From: an uncultured Anaerolineales bacterium
Lineage (GTDB): Bacteria; Chloroflexota; Anaerolineae; UBA1429
NCBI GenBank assembly: GCA_964482225.1
Contig: CAYZWT010000019.1
Location: 3,909 to 67,908, forward strand
DNA: 64,000 nucleotides
Direction of reading: 5' to 3'
The notes beneath the pieces were generated by a model. It was not told where the DNA came from. It saw only the letters and a list, made by a program, of their open reading frames with translations, and did no database searches. Of the stretch, positions 7,864 through 14,570 are shown piece after piece (position 1 is the stretch's first letter; every line of letters begins with the position of its first letter). The translations under genes and the position numbers were made by a program.

Positions 7864-10773
7864 ATGCAGACGCCAAGCGCGCGTTGCCGGACCATGATCG
7901 GCGTTGCCGCCGGGATCCTCTTGGCCGCCCTGGCTCTGACCATCGCGACCTCCCTGGGCGCTGCCCGCGCGCCGGGGGGCCTGCCCGGCGGCGCCGTGCT
8001 GGCCATTGCCGCACATCCACGCTCGCCAGATACCCTGGTCGCAGCCACAACCCCGGGCCTGTTCCGCAGCCAAGATGGCGGCATGGCCTGGCAAAAGCTG
8101 GCGCAACCCCAAGACCCCGGGCGCATCGGGCAGTTGCTCTTTGCCTCCGATGGCGAGGTGTTGTACGCAGCGGGAACGCTGGGGCTGGCCATGCTGCGCG
8201 ATGGGGAGACCGTATGGCAGCGGGCGAGCGCCCTGGAACAGATCGAGATCGTCGCCCTGGCCGCCAGCCCGCTAGATGGCGCCCTCTATGTGGCGTCGCA
8301 TCGGCAGGTCTGGCGTAGCCCAGATAGGGGCGCAACCTGGGCTGCCCTGGCGGTTCCCGAGGGCGCCGGCGTGATCTCCGCCCTGGCCGCCCACCCTACA
8401 AGCGCCGGGATACTCTACCTGGGCGCCGAGGGCGGCCTATTCGTCTCGGGGGATCGCGGCGCAACCTGGTATCCCGTCCGGCCCGGCCCGATACACCAAC
8501 CGGTCACCTGGGTCGGATTCTGGGAAACGAACGGGACCCGGCGGCTCTATGCCGCCAGCGCCGACGCCCTTTGGCGCTCGGCGGATGACGGCGCCACCTG
8601 GCAATCTGTGAGCCTGCCAAGCCAGATCGTCGTGCAGGAGCAGCCCATACCCTGGAGCGTATCGCCCTTTATGGTTGAGGGGGCATCTGGGCTGCCGACG
8701 CTGGCGCCGGGCGAACGCCTGCTCTCGGCGGCGAGCACAGCCGCAAGCCCGCCCCGCTTGTACCTGGGCACCACGCGCACCTTGTACGCCAGCGCCGATG
8801 GCGGCCGCTCTTGGCGCGACCTGGTAGGGCAGCCGGCAGAGGCAAGCCCGGGGCGCTCGCCTTGGCAAAAGGTCTTGTACGGGCTGCCGCCCTATCTGGC
8901 CGGGGCCGGGCTCATGCTGGCTTTGTGGGGCGCAGGCATGATGTGGCGCGAGCGGCGCGAGGCGCGCAGACAGGCGCTGGATTCGCAAGGCGCGGGCGTC
9001 CGCTGGGATGATATCATCGCCGATGCCCTGCTGCGCCATCAGCGCGTCACGCCCGACCTATTGGAGCGCATTCCGGGCCAGGCCCGAGTGCACGCCATGA
9101 TCCGCTATGTGGACGCCCATCGCGACCAAGCCCTGATCTTTCAAGATGCGCCGCCCCTGATTGCGCCGGCGCGTGGCGATAGACTGCGCGCCTTTGCCGA
9201 TACATGGAACGACCTGACCCAAAAACTGGGCCAACGCGAGGCCGCTGTGGCTGCCGCTTCGCACCTGATCGAACAACTCTGTGGCCTGCTCGGTTTTGAG
9301 CCTGTGGAACGGCGCGTCTATCGCTCGCTGGCAGGCTATATGGTCGAGGCGCCCACCCTGCGGCTCAGCCTGCCCGCGCGCTTTCCGATCATCGTCTTGC
9401 TCAAAGATTCTCTCGAACGCGAGGATGTGCGCGATATCCGCGCCCTGATGTCGGCCCTGAACGCCGTCTCGTTCTTTGCCCTGCTGATCCCCGTCGGCGC
9501 GCCTTTGGATGGCGCCCGCCCGGCGCAGGCAATGCAGGGCCTGGCGCGCGAGGGCGCCGAGGACCTGATCGTCCTGGACTATCGCGAGCTGTACGGGCTG
9601 CACCTGGCCGCCGACGCCGAGTCGGACCTGGTGCGGCGCATCCTGGACCAGGTGGATCTCACCGTCGTATCGCCCTATGTGCTTTCGGGGCCGGTGCCCC
9701 CCAAGATGTTCTTTGGGCGCGATTACGAGATCAAGGTCATCATGCGCACCGTGCAGGATCGCAGCTTTGCCATCGTCGGGGGCCGCAAGATCGGCAAGAC
9801 CTCGATCCTGAACAAGGTACACCGGCTGCTACAGCAAACCGAGGGCTATAACCCCCTCTATCTCGATTGTCACCATGTCACGACCTATGAGGACTTTTTC
9901 GAGGCTCTCTCCGTGATGAGCGAGGTGTCGGCGGAATCCGCGGCGCCCGACATGCTGCGGCGCATCGTCGTGCGCCTGCGCGGGCGCCAGGGCGATCCGA
10001 GCCAGACCCTGGTCTTTTTGCTGGACGAGGTGGATCACCTGTTGCGCTATGACCTCCAACAGGGCACCCTGCTCTTTCGCGTGTTCCGTTCTCTCTCGCA
10101 AGAGGGGCTCTGCCGCTTTGTGTTCTGCGGCGAGCGCACCCTGGATACCGCCCTGCGCGACCCCAGTTCGCCTCTGTTCAACTTTTGCAGCACGCTACGG
10201 TTGGGCTATCTGCAAGAGCGCGATGCAGAGCGGATCGTGCAGGAGCCGATGCAGGAGATGGGCATCACTTTCGAGGCGCCCGAGCTGATACCGCAGGAGA
10301 TCGTGGCCCTCTCAGGCTGCCATCCCAATATCGTGCAGGCCATCTGCCAGTATCTGATCGAGCGGATCAACCAGCGGCAGGAGCGCGTGATCCGCGCCTC
10401 CGACCTGGCCCAGGTGCGCAACTCGACCGAGTTCCGCGATCTCTTTTTCGAGGTGAGTTGGGGGAATGCCACCACGCTGGAGCGCCTGATCACCGTGCTC
10501 ATGGCGGGGCGCGGGCGCTTTGGGCCCCAGCAGGTGCGCCAGGCCCTCCAGGGCGCCAGTATCGCCCTGAGCGACGCCGAGCTAGAGAGCGTTCTGAACA
10601 ACCTGGTGCTCACCTCTCTGATCAAGCGCCAGGGCCAACAACTCGAATACACATCGGCAGCCTTTGCGCGCGTGCTGGAAGAGGCGGGCTTGGCCGAGGG
10701 GTTACGCGATGGCCTGGTGGAAAAACTGCTGGAGGAGCGGAGAGATCACTCGGCAACGCCCAGCCAAAAGTGA
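7864..10773 (+). CDS. membrane protein: signal peptide + Asp-box (BNR-like) beta-propeller + single TM + cytoplasmic STAND/AAA-type P-loop NTPase with helical C-terminus
   Basis: 969 aa. Signal-like N-terminus MIGVAAGILLAALALTIATSLGAARA. Five SxDxGxxW Asp-boxes at aa 69, 151, 194, 238 and 309. TM helix aa ~337-360 (nt 8872-8943). FFGRDYE lead-in, then Walker A GGRKIGKTS (nt 9775-9798) and Walker B LVFLLDEVD (nt 10006-10029). Confidence 0.75.
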   Translation: MQTPSARCRTMIGVAAGILLAALALTIATSLGAARAPGGLPGGAVLAIAAHPRSPDTLVAATTPGLFRSQDGGMAWQKLAQPQDPGRIGQLLFASDGEVLYAAGTLGLAMLRDGETVWQRASALEQIEIVALAASPLDGALYVASHRQVWRSPDRGATWAALAVPEGAGVISALAAHPTSAGILYLGAEGGLFVSGDRGATWYPVRPGPIHQPVTWVGFWETNGTRRLYAASADALWRSADDGATWQSVSLPSQIVVQEQPIPWSVSPFMVEGASGLPTLAPGERLLSAASTAASPPRLYLGTTRTLYASADGGRSWRDLVGQPAEASPGRSPWQKVLYGLPPYLAGAGLMLALWGAGMMWRERREARRQALDSQGAGVRWDDIIADALLRHQRVTPDLLERIPGQARVHAMIRYVDAHRDQALIFQDAPPLIAPARGDRLRAFADTWNDLTQKLGQREAAVAAASHLIEQLCGLLGFEPVERRVYRSLAGYMVEAPTLRLSLPARFPIIVLLKDSLEREDVRDIRALMSALNAVSFFALLIPVGAPLDGARPAQAMQGLAREGAEDLIVLDYRELYGLHLAADAESDLVRRILDQVDLTVVSPYVLSGPVPPKMFFGRDYEIKVIMRTVQDRSFAIVGGRKIGKTSILNKVHRLLQQTEGYNPLYLDCHHVTTYEDFFEALSVMSEVSAESAAPDMLRRIVVRLRGRQGDPSQTLVFLLDEVDHLLRYDLQQGTLLFRVFRSLSQEGLCRFVFCGERTLDTALRDPSSPLFNFCSTLRLGYLQERDAERIVQEPMQEMGITFEAPELIPQEIVALSGCHPNIVQAICQYLIERINQRQERVIRASDLAQVRNSTEFRDLFFEVSWGNATTLERLITVLMAGRGRFGPQQVRQALQGASIALSDAELESVLNNLVLTSLIKRQGQQLEYTSAAFARVLEEAGLAEGLRDGLVEKLLEERRDHSATPSQK

Positions 10774-10976
10774 TGGGGCAGAACGTCGGGCGCGGCCTGC
10801 AGCCGCAAGCCATTGGCGTTGGCTTTTTCCTGCTCCAAGGCGTGCAGGCTCACATAGCAGACATTGGGGCGACGCCCGTACTTGTGCTCATAGTGGCGCG
10901 CGGCCAGCGCGAGCTTGTCCGCAAGGGGGCGGTCTCGGGCATCATCGAACCATAACATGCCAACGCGGAGAGACAT
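10746..10976 (-). CDS. hypothetical 76-aa protein downstream of a LexA-box promoter
   Basis: The ORF MSLRVGMLWFDDARDRPLADKLALAARHYEHKYGRRPNVCYVSL.. has host-like GC3-rich codons. AGGA sits 9 nt upstream of the ATG. Its 3' end overlaps the convergent 7864..10773 gene by 28 nt. No family was recognised. Confidence 0.6.
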   Translation of the reverse strand: MSLRVGMLWFDDARDRPLADKLALAARHYEHKYGRRPNVCYVSLHALEQEKANANGLRLQAAPDVLPHHFWLGVAE

Positions 10977-11056
10977 AGACCTGTATCCTGGCGGCGTGGC
11001 CGCCGGTAGAGCCGGTAGATGAGAGCGGGGCGGCTGGCAGTTTGAGCTGTCAGCGT

Positions 11057-11129
11057 TGTGGATAGAGCCCTGATATGGAACGCGAAACGACGTGCGCCGG
11101 CCGCCCCTAGAACGGTTGTTCTATCCACA
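11057..11129. promoter_or_regulatory. pair of inverted DnaA-box-like 9-mers (CTATCCACA)
   Basis: TGTGGATAG at 11057-11065 and CTATCCACA at 11121-11129. Each has one mismatch to TTATCCACA. The second abuts the -10 of the LexA-box promoter. Confidence 0.4.
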
Positions 11130-11157
11130 GTATATACGAACATTTGTTCGATGTCAA
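11129..11157 (-). promoter_or_regulatory. sigma-70-type promoter with embedded LexA (Cheo-type) SOS box
   Basis: The minus strand reads TTGACA-tCGAACAAATGTTCGta-TATACT. The spacer is 17 nt. The perfect palindrome CGAACA/TGTTCG at 11137-11150 fits GAAC-N4-GTTC. Confidence 0.65.
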
Positions 11158-11200
11158 GACCCAATTTGCGCTGTAACTACCCCGAAGACAGATTCAGATG

Positions 11201-11229
11201 ATCCTCGCGCCACGCTTCTGAGCGTCGAG
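11201..11229 (+). repeat. GC-rich palindromic intergenic element, family 1
   Basis: ATCCTCGCGCCACGCTTCTGAGCGTCGAG. A related half (GCGTGACGCTCGGAAGCGTGACG) follows at 11281-11303. Confidence 0.65.
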
Positions 11230-11436
11230 ATCGCCAAGCCGCCAAGCCGGAGAAAAACCGGTTCTGGCTCTCCCCTGCGCGCGTGACGCTCGGAAGCGTG
11301 ACGAGAGATTCCGGAAAGCGACACGAACCCATTTTCATCCTTGGTGGTGCGCTATGCGCATGAGGTCTATTCAGATTTTGGGGGACGAGTTCATGACCGC
11401 GTGTGCAAACAGGTATGCGCGCAAGACGCCCGCCCG

Positions 11437-11615
11437 GTAGGGGCGCGGCATGCCGCGCCCCTACCATAAAACCATAGAAAAACATATTAAACACGTATGG
11501 ACAGAACTGACGCCAGACGCATGTATGCGTCCATAGCGAGGCTGTGTGCTCACCGTTTGCAGGATATTGGCATCACTTCCTGGTCAATTAGGAACTCGTC
11601 CCCTTGAATCTGAAC
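11437..11615 (+). repeat. 28-bp perfect palindrome plus 158-bp interspersed repeat, copy A
   Basis: GTAGGGGCGCGGCA/TGCCGCGCCCCTAC occupies 11437-11464. Positions 11458-11615 align without gaps to 49405-49562 with about 7 mismatches. The repeat contains the hairpin GACGCAT-GT-ATGCGTC and an AT-rich head CCATAAAACCATAGAAAAACATATTAAAC. Confidence 0.9.
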
Positions 11616-11713
11616 TGATATCCCAAAGCATGCCGGGCATTGGGGAATTGCCAGCCCTCGCCAGGTTGCCTAGAATGGAACTGTCGCGCTGCTGTCAAAG
11701 GAGCAAGTCCGGC

Positions 11714-12835
11714 ATGAGAGCCAAGTCGCTCAAGCTGGGGCGTTTTGCGGGCATTCCATTGTACGTGGATCCGATCTGGCCGCTCATCTTTGCAGGCATG
11801 GCCTGGATCCTCGCCGATGCCTACTTGCCCGGCGCGTTCGAGGCTGCGCCAGCGACCTATTGGCTGCTGGGAGTGGCCACCACCCTGTTGTTCTTTGGCG
11901 CGGTGTTGCTGCACGAACTGGGCCATGCCCTGATCGCGCGCGCCCAGGGCGCCCAGGTACGTCGGATCACGCTGCTCTTTTTCGGCGGGCTGGCCGAGAT
12001 GGACTCAACGCCCACGCGGGCGCGGGATGAGCTGGCCTCCGCCCTGGCGGGGCCCGCTGTGACGCTGGCGACTGGCCTCTTGTTTGGCCTGGTGTATACC
12101 CTCACGCGCCCTGTGTCCCCCATCATCGCGGCGCCGGCCCGTTTTCTGCAGGTCGCCAATATCGGGCTGGGGTTGTTCAACCTGTTGCCCGGCCTGCCCC
12201 TGGATGGCGGGCGCATCCTACGGGCGGCCCTCTGGGCCCTTGACCATGATGCAAACTGGGCCACCCGCCAGGCGGCTCGCGCCGGCCAGTGGGTGGGCAT
12301 CTTGATTATGAGCCTCGGCGTGTTGCTGACCGTGCGCGAGGATGTGAACGCCGGCATCCTGACCGCTCTGGTGGGCCTGTCGCTGCATCACGCGGCGCGG
12401 ACTGCCTATCATCAGGCCGGTGTGCAAGGCGCTTTGCAGGGCTATGTCGTCTCTGATCTGATGCAAGATCATTCGGCCATGCTCGACCCGCATCTTACCC
12501 TGGATCGCCTCCCTGCAGAGTTGCTCATGGGCGACTCGTCTCGCTATCTGGTGGGCGATAGGGGGCACGTGCTGGGCCTGGTGAGCCTGCGGCACCTGCG
12601 CAAGGTGCCGCAGGCGCGCTGGGAGCGCACCCGGCTGGCCGAGACCCTCACGCCCTGGGACGAGATCGAGCCGGTATCGCCCGAGATGCCGCTGGACAGG
12701 GCACTGCAGCGCATGGCCGGCAGCAACATGGCCCAATTGCCGGTGATGGCCGATGGTGCATTGCAGGGCATTCTCAGCCGCAGGCGCATCATCGCCTTTG
12801 TCGAGATGCGGAGTCAAGCCGGGGCGGGCGAATAG
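11714..12835 (+). CDS. site-2 protease family (M50) metalloprotease with C-terminal CBS pair
   Basis: HExxH in LLHELGHALIA, second motif NLLPGLPLDGGRIL, and C-terminal CBS-like repeats. ATG 11714 (MRAKSLKLGRFAGIP) is preferred because the ORF-track start 11546 lies inside the 158-bp repeat. Confidence 0.85.
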   Translation: MRAKSLKLGRFAGIPLYVDPIWPLIFAGMAWILADAYLPGAFEAAPATYWLLGVATTLLFFGAVLLHELGHALIARAQGAQVRRITLLFFGGLAEMDSTPTRARDELASALAGPAVTLATGLLFGLVYTLTRPVSPIIAAPARFLQVANIGLGLFNLLPGLPLDGGRILRAALWALDHDANWATRQAARAGQWVGILIMSLGVLLTVREDVNAGILTALVGLSLHHAARTAYHQAGVQGALQGYVVSDLMQDHSAMLDPHLTLDRLPAELLMGDSSRYLVGDRGHVLGLVSLRHLRKVPQARWERTRLAETLTPWDEIEPVSPEMPLDRALQRMAGSNMAQLPVMADGALQGILSRRRIIAFVEMRSQAGAGE

Positions 12836-12867
12836 ACACAACGCCATACACAACAGAAAGGGGCATC

Positions 12868-14406
12868 ATGCGAGTTCTCTACCTGGACTGCGATACCTTG
12901 CGGCCCGATCACCTGGGCTGCTATGGCTATCATAGAGACACCTCACCCAACATAGACCGGCTGGCCCGCGAGGGCCTGCGCTGCACCAACTATTACGCCT
13001 CGGATGCCCCTTGCCTGCCCTCGCGGGCCGCGCTGTTCTTGGGGCGCTTTGGCATCCACACGGGCGTCGTCAACCACGGCGGCACAACGGCAGATCCACG
13101 CCTGGAAGGGGCCACGCGGGGTTTTCAACAGTCGCGCGCCGAGGCAAGTTGGATGCAAGCCATGCGGCAAGCAGGGCTCTATACCGTCTCCATCAGCCCC
13201 TATGCCGAGCGCCACTCGGCCTGGTGGTTCTATCGCGGGTTTAACGAGGCGCACAACACGGGCAAGTGGGGCATGGAGCGCGCCGACGAGATCGCGCCGG
13301 TGGCGATAGATTGGATTCAGCGCAACGGTAGCAGGGACAACTGGTTCCTGCAGGTGAATATGTGGGACCCCCACACGCCGTTCCGCACGCCCCTGGCGTA
13401 TGGGAACCCCTTTGAGGGAGAGCCCATCCCCGATTGGATCACCGAGGAGAAAATCAAGCAGGACTATGCGGGGTATGGCCCCCATTGCGCCCAAGACCCG
13501 GCCGGCTTTGGCCCCAACGATACCGAGCGCTGGCCCCGCCTGCCGGCCGAGATCACCTCGCTGGAGGACTATCGCAAGTGGATCGATGGCTATGACATCG
13601 GCATCCGCTACATGGACGATCATATCGGCCTGATCCTGGATGCGCTGGCGGAGCAGGGCGTGCTGGATGATACGGTGATCATCGTCTCTGCCGATCATGG
13701 CGAGAACCAGGGCGAGCTGAACATCTATGGCGACCACCAGACCGCCGACCAGATCACCTCGCGGGTGCCGCTGATCGTGCGCTGGCCGGGGCTGGAGGGG
13801 GGCCGCGTGGATGACGCCCTGCACTACAACCTGGATCTGCCGCCCACCTTGGCCGAGATGCTGGGGATAGACGCCCCCGCCAGGTGGGATGGCCGCAGCT
13901 TTGCCGCGACTCTGCGCGAGGGCGCCCCGGCGGGCCGCGATTACCTGGTGTTGAGCCAGTGCACCTGGAGCTGCCAGCGCGCCGTGCGCTGGGACGAGTG
14001 GATCCTGATCCGCACCTATCATACAGGGCTCAAGGATTTCCCGCCGGTGATGCTGTTCAACCTGGCGGAGGACCCCCACGAGCTGCACGACCTGGCGGCG
14101 GCCCGCCTCGAGATCGTGCAGGCCGGGCTGGCCCGCCTGGAAGAGTGGCAGGCCGAGATGCTGGCCGGCCTGGAAGAGTGGCAGGCCGAGATGCTGGCCG
14201 GCTCCCCGGAGGCCGCCGACCCCCTGTGGACGGTGATGCAGGAGGGCGGACCGTACCACGCTCGGGGCTGGCTGCTCTCCTATTGCGAGCGGCTGCGGGC
14301 CACGGGGCGCGGCCACCATGCCGATCGGCTGTTGGCCCAGCGCCAGCCCAACGAATGGGTCTACCCCGACCGGCCCGGCGATTGGAAGGCGGTACTGGGC
14401 GAGTAA
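12868..14406 (+). CDS. sulfatase (formylglycine-dependent arylsulfatase family)
   Basis: N-terminus MRVLYLDCDTLRPDHLGCYG. CxPxR formylglycine motif in DAPCLPSRAAL. Also SADHGE. No signal peptide is evident. Confidence 0.9.
   Translation: MRVLYLDCDTLRPDHLGCYGYHRDTSPNIDRLAREGLRCTNYYASDAPCLPSRAALFLGRFGIHTGVVNHGGTTADPRLEGATRGFQQSRAEASWMQAMRQAGLYTVSISPYAERHSAWWFYRGFNEAHNTGKWGMERADEIAPVAIDWIQRNGSRDNWFLQVNMWDPHTPFRTPLAYGNPFEGEPIPDWITEEKIKQDYAGYGPHCAQDPAGFGPNDTERWPRLPAEITSLEDYRKWIDGYDIGIRYMDDHIGLILDALAEQGVLDDTVIIVSADHGENQGELNIYGDHQTADQITSRVPLIVRWPGLEGGRVDDALHYNLDLPPTLAEMLGIDAPARWDGRSFAATLREGAPAGRDYLVLSQCTWSCQRAVRWDEWILIRTYHTGLKDFPPVMLFNLAEDPHELHDLAAARLEIVQAGLARLEEWQAEMLAGLEEWQAEMLAGSPEAADPLWTVMQEGGPYHARGWLLSYCERLRATGRGHHADRLLAQRQPNEWVYPDRPGDWKAVLGE
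14137..14202 (+). repeat. perfect in-frame 33-bp tandem duplication inside the sulfatase gene
   Basis: CTGGAAGAGTGGCAGGCCGAGATGCTGGCCGGC occurs twice (14137-14169 and 14170-14202), encoding LEEWQAEMLAG x2. Confidence 0.95.
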
Positions 14407-14570
14407 GGGGCTCGATGGGGTAGCAGCGTGGCCGAGGGGGCGCCCTCGTATCCGATCGAGCGCCCCCCGGCCAGGATCAGCTCTCGGGGCGCGCGGGCTG
14501 CCCCTGCTGCAAGGCGGGCGCCGAAGATCACACAGATGCGCAGTTAGGAACGATCAACCGGAGATCCCAC

